A stretch of DNA of 64,000 bases from Eledone cirrhosa (GCA_964016885.1 CAXHJY010000422.1:25184-89183), one strand, 5' to 3'. Counted from the first letter of the stretch, positions 35,601-51,181 are shown. Numbers and translations: made by a program. Notes: generated by a model not told the origin, from the sequence alone.

Positions 35601-38600
35601 TGACCAACAGTCTGAGGTACCAATATCCAGTCCCTTATATAACTGACCAACAGTCTGAGGTACCAATGTCCAGTCCCTTATATAACTGACCAACAGTCTG
35701 AGGTACCAATATCCAGTCCCTTATATAACTGACCAACAGTCTGAGGTACCAATGTCCAGTTATATAACTGACCAACAGACTGAGGTACCAAGGTCCAGTT
35801 ATATAACTGACCAACAGTCTGAGGTACCAATGTCCAGTTATATAACTGACCAACAGTCTGAGGTACCAAGGTCCAGTTATATAACTGACCAACAGTCTGA
35901 GGTACCAAGGTCCAGTTATATAACTGACCAACAGTCTGAGGTACCAATGTCCAGTTATATAACTGACCAACAGTCTGAGGTACCAATGTCCAGTTATATA
36001 ACTGACCAACAGTCTGAGGTACCAATGTCCAGTTATATAACTGACCAACAGTCTGAGGTACCAATGTCCAGTTATATAACTGACCAACAGTCTGAGGTAC
36101 CAATGTCCAATATAACTGACCAACAGTCTGAAGTACCAATGTCCAGTGCCTTATATAACTCACCAACAGTCTGAGGTACCAATGTCCAGTCCCTTATATA
36201 ACTGACCAACAGTCTGAGGTACCAATGTCCAGTGCCTTATATAACTCACCAACAGTCTGAGGTACCAATGTCCAGTCCCTTATATAACTGACCAACAGTC
36301 TGAGGTACCAATGTCCAGTTATATAACTGACCAACAGTCTGAGGTACCAATGTCCAGTGCCTTATATAACTGACCAACAGTCTGAGGTACCAATGTCCAG
36401 TGTCTTATATAACTAACCAACAGTCTGAGGTACCAATGTCCAGTGCCTTATATAACTGACCAACAGTCTGAGGTACCAATGTCCAGTCCCTTATATAACT
36501 GACCAGTCTTAGGTACCAATGTCCAGTCCCTTATATAACTGACCAACAGTCTGAGGTACCAATGTCCAGTCCCTTATGTAACTGACCAAGAGTCTGAGGT
36601 GCCAATGTCCAGTTCTATAACTGATCAACAGTCTGAGGTACCAATGTCCAGTTATATAACCAACCGTCTGAGGTACCAATGTCCAGTTCTTATATAACTG
36701 ACCAACAGTCTGAGGTACCAATGTCCAGTTATATAACTGACCAACAGTCTGAGGTTCCAATGTCCAGTTATATAACTAACCAACAGTCTGAGGTACCAAT
36801 ATCCAGTTATATAACTGACCAACAGTCTGAGGTACCAATGTCCAGTTATATAACTGACCAACAGTCTGAGGTACCAATGTCCAGTTATATAACTAACCAA
36901 CAGTCTGAGATACCAATGTCCAGTTATATAACTGACCAACAGTCTGAGGTACCAATGTCCAGTTATATAACTGACCAACAGTCTGAGGTACCAATGTCCA
37001 GTTATGTAACTGACCAACAGTCTGAGGTACCAATGTCCAGTTATATAACCAACCGTCTGAGGTACCAATGTCCAGTTCTTATATAACTGACCAACAGTCT
37101 GAGGTACCAATGTCCAGTTATATAACTGACCAACAGTCTGAGGTTCCAATGTCCAGTTATATAACTGACCAACAGTCTGAGGTACCAATGTCCAGTTCTT
37201 ATATAACTAACCAACAGTCTGAGGTACCAATATCCAGTTATATAACTGACCAACAGTCTGAGGTACCAATGTCCAGTTATATAACTAACCAACAGTCTGA
37301 GATACCAATGTCCAGTTATATAACTGACCAACAGTCTGAGGTACCAATGTCCAGTTATATAACTGACCAACAGTCTGAGGTACCAATGTCCAGTTATATA
37401 ACTAACCAACAGTCTGAGATACCAATGTCCAGTTATATAACTGACCAACAGTCTGAGGTACCAATGTCCAACGCCTTGTATAACTGACCAACAGTCTGAG
37501 GTACCAATGTCCAGTTATATAACTGACCAACAGTCTGAGGTACCAATGTCCAACGCCTTGTATAACTGACCAACAGTCTGAGGTACCAATGTCCAGTTAT
37601 ATAACTGACCAACAGTCTGAGGTACCAATGTCCAACGCCTTGTATAACTGACCAACAGTCTGAGGTGCCAATGTCCAGTTATATAACTGACCAACAGTCT
37701 GAGGTGCCAATGTCCAGTTATATAACTGACCAACAGTCTGAGGTACCAATGTCCAGTGCCTTATATAACTGACCAACAGTCTGAGGTACCAATGTCCAAT
37801 GCCTTATATAACTGACCAACAGTCTGAGGTACCAATGTCCAGTGCCTTATATAACTGACCTACAGTCTGAGGTACCAATGTCCAGTCCTTTATATAACTG
37901 ACCAACAGTCTGAGGTACCAATGTCCAGTCCCGTATATAACTGACCAACAGTCTGAGGTACCAATGTCCAGTTATATAATTAACCAATAGTCTGAGGTAC
38001 CAATGTCCAGTTATATAACTGACCAACAGTCTGAGGTACCAATGTCCAATGCCTTGTATAACTGACCAACAGTCTGAGGTACCAATGTCCAGTTCTTATA
38101 TAACTGACCAACAGTCTGAGGTACCAATGTCGAGTTATATAACTGACCAACAGTCTGAGGTACCAATATGCAGTCCCTTATATAACTGACGAACTGTCTG
38201 AGGTACCAATGTCCAGTCCCTTATATAACTGACCAACAGTCTGAGGTACCAATTTTCAGTGCCTTATATAACTGACCAACAGTCTGAGGTACCAATGTCC
38301 AGTTATATAACCAACCGTCTGAGGTACCAATGTCGAGTTATATAACTGACCAACAGTCTGAGGTACCAATATCCAGTCCCTTATATAACTGACCAACAGT
38401 CTGAGGTACCAATGTCCAGTGCCTTATATAACTGACCAACAGTCTGAGGTACCAATGTCCAGTTATATAACTGACTAACAATCTGAGGTACCAATGTCCA
38501 GTTATATAACTAACCAACAGTCTGAGGTACCAATGTCCAGTCCCTTATATAACTGACCAACAGTCTGAGGTACCAATGTCCAGTTATATAACTGACTAAC

Positions 38601-41600
38601 AATCTGAGGTACCAATGTCCAGTTATATAACTAACCAACAGTCTGAGGTACCAATGTCCAGTTATATAACTGACCAACAGTCTGAGGTACCAATATCCAG
38701 TTATATAACTGACCAACAGTCTGAGGTACCAATATCCAGTCCCTTATATAACTGACCAACAGTCTGAGGTACCAATGTCCAGTCCCTTATATAACTGACC
38801 AACAGTCTGAGGTACCAATGTCCAGTCCCTTATATAACTGACCAACAGTCTGAGGTACCAATGTCCAATGCCTTATATAACTGACCAACAGTCTGAGGTA
38901 CCAATGTCCAGTTCTTATATAACTGACCAACAGTCTGAGGTACCAATGTCCAGTGCCTTATATAACTGACTAACAATCTGAGGTACCAATGTCCAGTTAT
39001 ATAACTGACCAACAGTCTGAGGTACCAATGTCCAGTTATATAACTGACCAACAGTCTGAGGTACCAATGTCCAGATATATAACTGACCAACAGTCTGAGG
39101 TACCAATATCCAGTCCCTTATATAACTGACCAACAGTCTGAGGTACCAATGTCCAGTCCCTTATATAACTGACCAACAGTCTGAGGTACCAATGTCCAGT
39201 CCCTTATATAACTGACCAACAGTCTGAGGTACCAATGTCCAGTTATATAACTGACCAACAGACTGAGGTACCAAGGTCCAGTTATATAACTGACCAACAG
39301 TCTGAGGTACCAATGTCCAGTTATATAACTGACCAACAGTCTGAGGTACCAAGGTCCAGTTATATAACTAACCAACAGTCTGAGGTACCAAGGTCCAGTT
39401 ATATAACTGACCAACAGTCTGAGGTACCAATGTCCAGTTATATAACTGACCAACAGTCTGAGGTACCAATGTCCAGTTATATAACTGACCAACAGTCTGA
39501 GGTACCAATGTCCAGTTATATAACTGACCAACAGTCTGAGGTACCAAGGTCCAGTTATATAACTGACCAACAGTCTGAGGTACCAAGGTCCAGTTATATA
39601 ACTGACCAACAGTCTGAGGTACCAATGTCCAATATAACTGACCAACAGTCTGAAGTACCAATGTCCAGTGCCTTATATAACTCACCAACAGTCTGAGGTA
39701 CCAATGTCCAGTCCCTTATATAACTGACCAACAGTCTGAGGTACCAATGTCCAGTGCCTTATATAACTCACCAACAGTCTGAGGTACCAATGTCCAGTCC
39801 CTTATATAACTGACCAACAGTCTGAGGTACCAATGTCCAGTTATATAACTGACCAACAGTCTGAGGTACCAATGTCCAGTGCCTTATATAACTGACCAAC
39901 AGTCTGAGGTACCAATGTCCAGTGCCTTATATAACTAACCAACAGTCTGAGGTACCAATGTCCAGTGCCTTATATAACTGACCAACAGTCTGAGGTACCA
40001 ATGTCCAGTCCCTTATATAACTGACCAACAGTCTTAGGTACCACTGTCCAGTCCCTTATATAACTGACCAACAGTCTGAGGTACCAATGTCCAGTCCCTT
40101 ATGTAACTGACCAACAGTCTGAGGTACCAATGTCCAGTTATATAACTGACCAACAGTCTGAGGTACCAATGTCCAGTTATATAACTAACCAACAGTCTGA
40201 GGTGCCAATGTCCAGTGCCCTATATATCTGACCAACAGTCTGAGGTACCAATGTCCAGTGCCTTATATAACTAACCAACAGTCTGAGGTACCAATGTCCA
40301 ATGCCTTATATAACTGACCAACAGTCTGAGGTACCAATGTCCAGTGCCTTATATAACTAACCAACAGTCTGAGGTACCAATGTCCAGTGCCTTATATAAC
40401 TGACCAACAGTCTGAGGTACCAATGTCCAGTTATATAACTGACCAACAGTCTGAGGTACCAATGTCCAGTGCCTTATATAACTGACCAACAGTCTGAGGT
40501 ACCAATGTCCAGTGCCTTATATAACTGACCAACAGTCTGAGGTACCAATGTCCAGTGCCTTATATAACTGACCAACAGTCTGAGGTACCAATGTCCAGTC
40601 CCTTATATAACTGACCAACAGTCTTAGGTACCAATGTCCAGTTATATAACTGACCAACAGTCTGAGGTACCAATGTCCAGTCCCTTATGTAACTGACCAA
40701 CAGTCTGAGGTACCAATGTCCAGTTATATAACTGACCAACAGTCTGAGGTACCAATGTCCAGTTATATAACTAACCAACAGTCTGAGGTACCAATGTCCA
40801 ATGCCTTATATAACTGACCAACAGTCTGAGGTACCAATGTCCAGTGCCTTATATAACTAACCAACAGTCTGAGGTACCAATGTCCAGTGCCTTATATAAC
40901 TGACCAACAGTCTGAGGTACCAATGTCCAGTTATATAACTGACCAACAGTCTGAGGTACCAATGTCCAATGCCTTATATAACTGACCAACAGTCTGAGGT
41001 ACCAATGTCCAGTCCCTTATATAACTGACCAACAGTCTGAGGTACCAATGTCCAGTGCCTTATATAACTGACCAACAGTCTGAGGTACCAATGTCCAGTC
41101 CCTTATATAACTGACCAACAGTCTGAGGTACCAATGTCCAATGCCTTATATAACTGACCAACAGTCTGAGGTACCAACGTCCAGTGCCTTATATAACTGA
41201 CCAACAGTCTGAGGTACCAATGTCCAGTTATATAACTGACCAACAGTCTGAGGTACCAATGTCCAATGCCTTATATAACTGACCAACAGTCTGAGGTACC
41301 AATGTCCAGTGCCTTATATAACTAACCAACAGTCTGAGGTACCAATGTCCAGTGCCTTATATAACTGACCAACAGTCTGAGGTACCAATGTCCAGTTCTT
41401 ATATAACTGACCAACAGTCTGAGGTACCAATGTCCAATGCCTTATATAACTGACCAACAGTCTGAGGTACCAATGTCCAGTGCCTTATATAACTGACCAA
41501 CAGTCTGAGGTACCAATGTCCAGTGCCTTATATAACTGACCAACAGTCTGAGGTACCAATGTCCAATGCCTTATATAACTGACCAACAGTCTGAGGTACC

Positions 41601-43007
41601 AATGTCCAGTGCCTTATATAACTGACCAACAGTCTGAGGTACCAATGTCCAGTGCCTTATATAACTGACCAACAGTCTGAGGTACCAATGTCCAGTGCCT
41701 TATATAACTGACCAACAGTCTGAGGTACCAATGTCCAATGCCTTATATAACTGACCAACAGTCTGAGGTACCAATGTCCAGTGCCTTATATAACTGACCA
41801 ACAGTCTGAGGTACCAATGTCCAGTGCCTTATATAACTGACCAACAGTCTGAGGTACCAATGTCCAGTGCCTTATATAACTGACCAACAGTCTGAGGTAC
41901 CAATGTCCAGTGCCTTATATAACTGACCAACAGTCTGAGGTACCAATGTCCAGTGCCTTATATAACTGACCAACAGTCTGAGGTACCAATGTCCAGTGCC
42001 TTATATAACTGACCAACAGTCTGAGGTACCAATGTCCAGTGCCTTATATAACTGACCAACAGTCTGAGGTACCAATGTCCAGTGCCTTATATAACTGACC
42101 AACAGTCTGAGGTACCAATGTCCAATGCCTTATATAACTGACCAACAGTCTGAGGTACCAATGTCCAGTCCCTTATATAACTGACCAACAGTCTGAGGTA
42201 CCAATGTCCAGTGCCTTATATAACTGACCAACAGTCTGAGGTACCAATGTCCAGTGCCTTATATAACTGACCAACAGTCTGAGGTACCAATGTCCAGTGC
42301 CTTATATAACTGACCAACAGTCTGAGGTACCAATGTCCAGTGCCTTATATAACTGACCAACAGTCTGAGGTACCAATGTCCAGTGCCTTATATAACTGAC
42401 CAACAGTCTGAGGTACCAATGTCCAGTGCCTTATATAACTGACCAACAGTCTGAGGTACCAATGTCCAATGCCTTATATAACTGACCAACAGTCTGAGGT
42501 ACCAATGTCCAGTCCCTTATATAACTGACCAACAGTCTGAGGTACCAATGTCCAGTGCCTTATATAACTGACCAACAGTCTGAGGTACCAATGTCCAGTG
42601 CCTTATATAACTGACCAACAGTCTGAGGTACCAATGTCCAGTGCCTTATATAACTGACCAACAGTCTGAGGTACCAATGTCCAGTGCCTTATATAACTGA
42701 CCAACAGTCTGAGGTACCAATGTCCAGTGCCTTATATAACTGACCAACAGTCTGAGGTACCAATGTCCAGTGCCTTATATAACTGACCAACAGTCTGAGG
42801 TACCAATGTCCAGTGCCTTATATAACTGACCAACAGTCTGAGGTACCAATGTCCAGTGCCTTATATAACTGACCAACAGTCTGAGGTACCAATGTCCAGT
42901 GCCTTATATAACTGACCAACAGTCTGAGGTACCAATGTCCAGTGCCTTATATAACTGACCAACAGTCTGAGGTACCAATGTCCAGTGCCTTATATAACTG
43001 ACCAACC
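32621..43007. repeat. 10.4-kb satellite of mixed 39/42/43-bp units
   Basis: TCTGAGGTACCAATGTCCAG(TGCC/TCCC/TTC)TTATATAACTGACCAACAG. Confidence 0.95.
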
Positions 43008-43159
43008 ATATTGTGTGGGGGTTATAGTGATTGATATGTATTAGAGGACATGGTTTGATTGGTATCTTATTAATACTATGGGATATATATATATGTGTGT
43101 GTGTGTATGTGTGTGTGTATATATATATGTGTGTGTGTGTATATGTGTGTGTGTGTATA

Positions 43160-43208
<49 letters not shown>

Positions 43209-43474
43209 GTGTGTGTGTATATATATATGTATGTGTGTGTATATATATGTATGGGTAAATGCATTCAAAGTTCAGAGAGTGGGATTGACCCCGTGGAAAC
43301 CCTTTCTTCACTTAAAAAAGCTTCAAACACAGACATTGCTTGATATATGACTACTCTTGACGATGTATGGTATTGCTGGCCATAGGCAAGTCCCTAGCAG
43401 CACTAGGAAGCCACGTCTGTGGTGTTCATGCTTAAGTATCAAGCGATGGCAGTACTTAAAATTGAGTTGCAGCT

Positions 43475-43513
<39 letters not shown>

Positions 43514-43565
43514 TTTCTGAATTTGTTTAGCAAGATTCTTTATCTGAAATCGTGTGTTGAAACCG

Positions 43566-43996
43566 ATATTGTTATACTTTGGGAGGGTCATGTTGCCAAT
43601 AAGAAACACACGCACCAGTTGCTTTCACTTCACAAAAAAAAAAAAAAAATGAACACAAACACACACACACACACACACAAACACACACAGACACCCGGAT
43701 GTGGCGCATGCGCAAACTGAGCACGCAACCCACACACAAACAAAATGGCGTAGGATAGAAGAAAGGAAAGACACAGAAACGAAGAACGAAATCCCCAGTC
43801 ACTGAAGAGGTCACAGAGTGTGTGACGAAAGAACTATGACTATATATATATAAACAACTATCTGGTTGTGGAACCAACCAACCAACCAGAAATTTATAAA
43901 TTTGTAAATTTATAAATATTTAATAAATTAAATTGAAGTGAAAGCAACTGGTGCGTGTGTTTCTTATTGGCAACATGACCCTCCCAAAGTATAACA

Positions 43997-44000
<4 letters not shown>
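43566..44000 (+). mobile_element. Penelope-like remnant with perfect 67-bp terminal inverted repeat
   Basis: 43566-43632 is the exact reverse complement of 43934-44000; body is homologous to 27957-28361. Confidence 0.7.
43797..43841 (+). ncRNA. Minimal type I hammerhead motif
   Basis: Stem I AGTCA/TGACT, CTGAAGA, stem II GTCACA/TGTGAC, GAAA, vestigial stem III AG/CT, CUA triplet. Confidence 0.65.
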
Positions 44001-44031
<31 letters not shown>

Positions 44032-44032
<1 letters not shown>

Positions 44033-44202
44033 CGTTAGAGGGTCGGACGCCATGCTTTCCAGCATAGTTACGTCCCTTTACGATCTGAGTTCAAATCCCG
44101 CCGAGGTTGACTTTGCCTTTCATCCTTACGGGGTCGATAAAATAAAGTACCAGTAATGCACTGGCGTAATTGCTGGCCTTGTGCCCAACGTAGAAACAAT
44201 TA
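44032..44202 (+). mobile_element. Nearly full-length SINE of the second family (Nin/Deu-like central domain)
   Basis: B box GAGTTCAAATCCC; central GACTTTGCCTTTCATCCTTACGGGGTCGATAAAATAAAGTACC resembles the Nin/Deu SINE domain as recalled. Confidence 0.8.
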
Positions 44203-44591
44203 TCTATAATATATTTATAAAAGCGGACGTAAAATGATGATATTGTGAATGTATGTATATATACACACACAGATATGTATATATGTGTGTGTGTGTGTGT
44301 ATGTATGTAAGTACTTATATCATCTTCATCATTTTACGTCCACTTTTCAATGTTTGCATGGTGTTGGACCATGTGTATGTATGTATATACATATTTAAAT
44401 ATATACACACACATATGTATATACATATTTATATATACACACACACATGTATATACATATTTATATATATACACACAGATATGTATATACATATTTATAT
44501 ATACACACACACATAAGTCTGTATATACATATTTATATATACACACACATATGTATATACATATATATATACACACACACATATATGTATG

Positions 44592-44625
<34 letters not shown>

Positions 44626-44796
44626 TATGTATGTGTGTGTGTATATGTAAAGTTATTGTAGTGTTATAAGAGTTGAGCAGGTTTATAGCGAGGGAGATTA
44701 AGAAGGATTTGGTTGGCCCAATCGGTTGTTGTTGTGATTAACAGGTGATACAGGATTGTTGGAGGAGTTAATCTTTGACATGTCACTCACTCTTAT

Positions 44797-46841
44797 ACCA
44801 CCACCTCCACCACTACTACTACCTCCACCACTACTACTACCTCCACCACTACTACTACTACCTCCACCACTACTACTACTACCTCCACCACTACCACCTC
44901 CACCACTACTGCTACTACCTCCACCACTACTACTACTACCACCACTACTACTACTACCTCCACCACTACTACTACTACTACCTCCACCACTACTACCACT
45001 ACTACTACTACCACCACCACCACCACTACTACTACTACCTCCACCACCACTACTACCTCCACCACTACTACCACTACTACTACTACTACCTCCACCACTA
45101 CTACCACTACTACTACTACCACCACCTCCACCACTACTACTACTACCTCCACCACTACTACTACCTCCACCACTACTACTACCTCCACCACTACTACCAC
45201 TACTACTACTACTACCTCCACCACTACTACCACTACTACTACTACCACCACTACTACTACTACCTCCACCACTACTACCTCCACCACTACTACTACCTCC
45301 ACCACTACTACCACTACTACTACTACTACCTCCACCACTACTACCACTACCACTACTACCACCACTACTACTACTACCTCCACCACTACTACCACTACTA
45401 CTACTACCACCACTACTACTACTACCTCCACCACTACTACTACTACCACCACTACTACTACTACCTCCACCACTACTACCTCCACCACTACTACTACCTC
45501 CACCACTACTACCACTACTACTACTACTACCTCCACCACTACTACCACTACCACTACTACCACCACTACTACTACTACCTCCACCACTACTACCACTACT
45601 ACTACTACCACCACTACTACTACTACCTCCACCACTACTACTACTACCACCACTACTACTACTACCTCCACCACTACTACCTCCACCACTACTACTACCT
45701 CCACCACTACTACCACTACTACTACTACTACCTCCACCACTACTACCACTACCACTACTACCACCACTACTACTACTACCTCCACCACTACTACCACTAC
45801 TACTACTACCACCACTACTACTACTACCTCCACCACTACTACTACTACCACCACTACTACTACTACCTCCACCACTACTACCTCCACCACTACTACTACC
45901 TCCACCACTACTACCACTACTACTACTACTACCTCCACCACTACTACCACTACCACTACTACCACCACTACTACTACTACCTCCACCACTACTACCACTA
46001 CTACTACTACCACCACTACTACTACTACCTCCACCACTACTACTACTACCACCACTACTACTACTACCTCCACCACTACTACCTCCACCACTACTACTAC
46101 CTCCACCACTACTACCACTACTACTACTACTACCTCCACCACTACTACCACTACCACTACTACCACCACTACTACTACTACCTCCACCACTACTACCACT
46201 ACTACTACTACCACCACTACTACTACTACCTCCACCACTACTACTACTACCACCACTACTACTACTACCTCCACCACTACTACCTCCACCACTACTACTA
46301 CCTCCACCACTACTACCACTACTACTACTACTACCTCCACCACTACTACCACTACCACTACTACCACCACTACTACTACTACCTCCACCACTACTACCAC
46401 TACTACTACTACCACCACTACTACTACTACCTCCACCACTACTACCTCCACCACTACTACTACCTCCACCACTACTACCACTACTACTACTACTACCTCC
46501 ACCACTACTACCACTACCACTACTACCACCACTACTACTACTACCTCCACCACTACTACCACTACTACTACTACCTCCACCACTACTACCACTACCACTA
46601 CTACCACCACTACTACTACTACCTCCACCACTACCACCACTACTACTACTACCTCCACCACTACTACTACTACCACCACCACCACTACTACTACTACCAC
46701 CACTACTACTACCACCACTACTACCACTACTACTACCACCACTACTACTACTACCACCACTACTACTACTACTGCCACCACCACCACCACTACTACCACC
46801 ACTACTACTACTACTACCACCCCACCACCACTACTACCACC

Positions 46842-46882
<41 letters not shown>

Positions 46883-47081
46883 CACCACCACCACCACCAC
46901 CACTACTACTACCACCACCATCCCCACTACTAATACCACCACTACTACCACCACCACCACTACTAATACCACCACTACTACTACCACCACCACCACCACT
47001 ACTAATACCACCACCACTACTACTACTACCACCACCACCTCCACTCCTAATACCACCACTACTAATACCACCACCACCACC

Positions 47082-47112
<31 letters not shown>

Positions 47113-47194
47113 ATACCACCACTACTACTACTACCACTACTACTACTACTACCACCACCAATACTACTACTACCAATACCACTACTACTACTAG

Positions 47195-47233
<39 letters not shown>

Positions 47234-47284
47234 CACCAATACCACTACTACCACTACTACTACTACCACCACTACTACTACTAG

Positions 47285-47320
<36 letters not shown>
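44797..47320. repeat. (CTA/CCA/CCT)n trinucleotide array with a 201-bp higher-order period
   Basis: Marker CCACTACCACTA recurs at 45344, 45545, 45746 and onward. Confidence 0.9.
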
Positions 47321-47386
47321 ACGGATTATATGGATGGTATTGCTGCTTGATAAATGTATTTATGTATGTGTGTGTATATATATATA

Positions 47387-50001
47387 CTAGCAGTTTAGCG
47401 AATTTAGTAGACCAAAGTTGCAAGATGACTGCTCCGATGCCGCTGGGCGTCAGATCTGTCCGCCATGGGATACCCTACCAAGAAATAGTGTTCCAGACGG
47501 CATAGCTCCAACACCTGCACCAACATCTATAGCACCTCTTTGTAGACGATATTGCGTGTCATCCCTTGAGGAGAGTAAGCAAAAAGTCCATTCCTGCTCC
47601 CTGCGCGGGAACAGGCAACATAAAGTTGGCCATGGGAGAAGCATGGCTCCCCCAAATGGATGCCCGCCACCGACAATGTTTGCCCTTGTGACTTGTTAAT
47701 GGACATGGCAAAACATGGTCTCACCGGGAATTGGGATCGCCGGAAATCGAACGGGATATCTGATGCCGAGGGGAAAAGGTTCATCCTTGGAATGAAAACA
47801 TTCTCCCCTCTTCCGCACCCCGTTACAATGGTGGCCTCAATCAAGTGGGTGTCAGTGACTTGACGACCATGCGAGTACCGTTGCACTGCTTTTGTGGACG
47901 CAAGTTCCTTATTAGCATAATGGGACAGCCAACCCTAAGCTTAATAATGTGAGGTGGGAGCCCTGGGGGCTCAAGGAGATTTAATAACTCAACCGGATAA
48001 TTAACGATATCGTCGGGGTCTGAGTTGAAGATGTTCTCTTTACCGGGAATCTTCTCAATCAGCTGCTCATTAATAAAATTAACCATGGTATTTTTCGGAG
48101 CAAGGATGGCTCTTTCGCTGAGCCAATCGAGGTTTTTAAAGTTAGATGAGACATTAGGAAAAACTGCTTCCCAAAGGTCAGAAGGGCTGCTCACAATGTT
48201 GCACAGGGTGTCGATTGCTATGCCGCCCTTGTCATCCGCAGGGATCTTGCCCTCACCAAGTGCTAAAATGTTCTGTGCTGCAGACATGTTGTCACCATGC
48301 AAATGAGCACGCATATTTGTGCTCAGGTACAAACTATTAACCTGGAGCCACAACATGGACGACTTAAGACAGGCACGCACTTCATCAGCTCTTGTCCATT
48401 TGGGGATGACAGGCAGCGTTTTCCGAAAATCTCCTGAAAGCCACCCATAGGAGCCGGAGAATCCTTAATGTCTTTCCGGGCCTTGTCCAATGCCTCAAGG
48501 CCACCCTTGTGTGCCATTGTGCACTCATCCCAAACAATGAGGCAACATCTTTTGAGAACCAGAGCTTTGTGTGAATTCTTGCTGATATTGCATGTTGGTG
48601 TCTCAGTTTTTACTAAATCCAAAGGGAATTTAAAGGTTAAATGTGCTGTCCTGCCTCCCGGCAGCAAAGTAGCAGCGATCTCGGACGATGCAACGGACAA
48701 CGCAACTTTTTTCTCCTGACGAATCTTAGCGAGAATCAAATTCGTTACAAAAGTTTTTCCGGTACCCCCAGGAGCGTTTTTTTATTGGGGGGGATCAGGG
48801 TTGTTTTTTTTTTGACCTTGAGGTATAACCAGTCAGTAGTTCCTTCAAAGGCTCTGGCGGTTCCGTAAGAGGGGGCAAGGTGACCTTACCGTTTAAGCAG
48901 CACATTGCAGGTAGCTCCCCAGCCCACTTTGTAGCATTGCAGAATTGGCAATTGAAGCGCATCTCGCCTATATTTATGTCAGAGCGCATCGAGTAATTAA
49001 CGTTTTGCTCATACTTGAAAGCCCGTAGGTGCCAGTAAGGGCTGTTGGGGCTCGTCACACCGCGTGCAGCTTCTCGCCGTCGACTGTTACGCTTGAACGT
49101 AGAACATTGGTCGTGTGGTTGGTGGGAAGGTCTGGCAGCAATAGTAGAAGCAACATTTGCAATGCTAATGGACCGCCCGTCTGCATCTTCAGAAGCCATG
49201 GAAGTAGTCATAGCTGCAGCGTTCGTAGGAAGGCGAGCCGTCCGTTGTTTTAAACGTTTGAAAGACCTGGAAGCAGCATTAGTCGCATCGTTTCTAGCCA
49301 GGCGCTTCGACCTTTGTTCACGGCTCTCTGAAGCCCTGGAAGAAACCTGGTATGAAGCCATTTTGGCTAGGCGTGCGGTGCGCTGTTGGAAACTTTCAGC
49401 GGCTCGACATTCTGCTGAACGCAAGGCTGTCTGTGAAAGTCTTGAAGCATTTTCCTCAGAGGATTCGTTTGCTATAGTAGCCTTTTGCGCCACTGGTGAC
49501 GCGGTATGTCGACTGAGGCGACTTCTCTTTTTAGGTGGCATTTTATGTCCAAAGGAAAGGGGGAAAGTTACTTCTACAGAAAAATTAACTTTGAAAGTCT
49601 ACTGTTTGTTTATGAATATTGTTATTGTTGTTGGGATACAAATGTTAGTAAGTAAATAGGTATCGAAAAATAAAGGGTGAAAGTTACTTCAACATAAAAA
49701 TTGACTTTAAAAGTATAAGGCTGATAATTGAATGTAAAAAGATTGATAAGAAAGGCCCCAAAAATTTTTTTACAGGTATTTGTATGTATGTGTGTATGTT
49801 TATGTCGAAAAAGGGTTAAATTTACTTCTACAGAAAAATTTAGTTTGAAAGTGTAAGGACGATGTGTGTGTAAATTAAGTGACAGGTATTTGTATGTATG
49901 TGTGTATATGTATGTATGTGTGTATGAAAGTGTAAGGCCGATGTGTGTGTAAATTAAGTGACAGGTATTTGTATGTATGTGTGTATATGTATGTATGTGT
50001 G

Positions 50002-50033
<32 letters not shown>

Positions 50034-50836
50034 TGTATGTATGTATGTATTAAAGGTTGAAAGTTACTTCAACGTAAAAATTGACTTTGAAAGTATAAGG
50101 CTGATAATTGAATGTAAAAAGATTGATAAGAAAGGCCCCCAAAAAAACTTTACAGGTCTTTGTATGTATGTGTGTATTTTTATGTCGAAAATAAAGGGTT
50201 AAAGTTACTTATACAGAAAAATATAGTTTGAAAGTGTAAGGCCGATTGAAAAACTTACAGTTTAGTAAATGAAAGTCAGCTTCGAAATGGAGTTTGAACG
50301 CGCTAATACAAACACACACACATATATCCGTCTTTTAGTGTGTCTGTTTGTTTCTCTCTCCCTCTTTATCATTATATCCCTCTTTATCATTATATGCTAT
50401 TGTTATTTCTAAAACAAACTCTGTATGCGTTGATTGATTGAAATTCCCGCGTTCCTGTTTCTATGACGTCAATCGTAACCATACCAACATATATGTGTGT
50501 GTATGCACCCACATATATGTGTGTATATGTTTTTTTTCAATGTTTCTCTTTTTCACAAACACTTATAAGAGAAGGTAGCAATTTTAAGGGGAGGTGATGA
50601 AGGGAGTAGATATAGGAAACGTATATCATATGAGAGAGGAGAAATCATCGATTGTTGAAATAAATCGATTTTTCCGTAATTGTGGCATTTTTTACCCAAT
50701 AAGTTCGCCCATGACCCAAGTTAGAATATTTGTAAACATTCTGCTTAATTATTCATTCAATATTTTTGGAATTGTGTAAATGTATAAAATTGAAACATAC
50801 ATACAGACACAAAAATCTGCCTTTTATAGATAATGA
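47387..50836 (-). mobile_element. Internally deleted Helitron (RepHel pseudogene)
   Basis: A|TC...CTAG|T termini (5' TC at 50836 or 50830). N-terminal ORF 49541-48795 has CxxC...MCCxNGKV. Pif1 helicase motifs: APGGTGKT, GGRTAH, IVWDE, RAILAPKN, CNGTR, QFPVRPCFAMSINKSQGQT, HGQLYVACSR. Confidence 0.92.
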
Positions 50837-50883
50837 TATATATATATGTATATATAAACACAGACATATATATATAGATAATG

Positions 50884-50914
<31 letters not shown>

Positions 50915-50939
50915 AACACAGACATATATATATAGATAA

Positions 50940-50995
<56 letters not shown>

Positions 50996-50998
50996 ACA

Positions 50999-51059
<61 letters not shown>

Positions 51060-51130
51060 ACAGACATATATATATATATATATATATATAAACACAGACA
51101 TATATATATATATATATATATATAAACACA

Positions 51131-51181
<51 letters not shown>

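Noticed and set aside
32621-43007. CRISPR-like appearance and many short ORFs
   Set aside because: Head-to-tail units with no unique spacers, no cas genes, eukaryotic context.
44756-47423. 700-870 aa Pro/Leu, His/Tyr and Val ORFs
   Set aside because: Triplet-repeat artefacts open in several frames.
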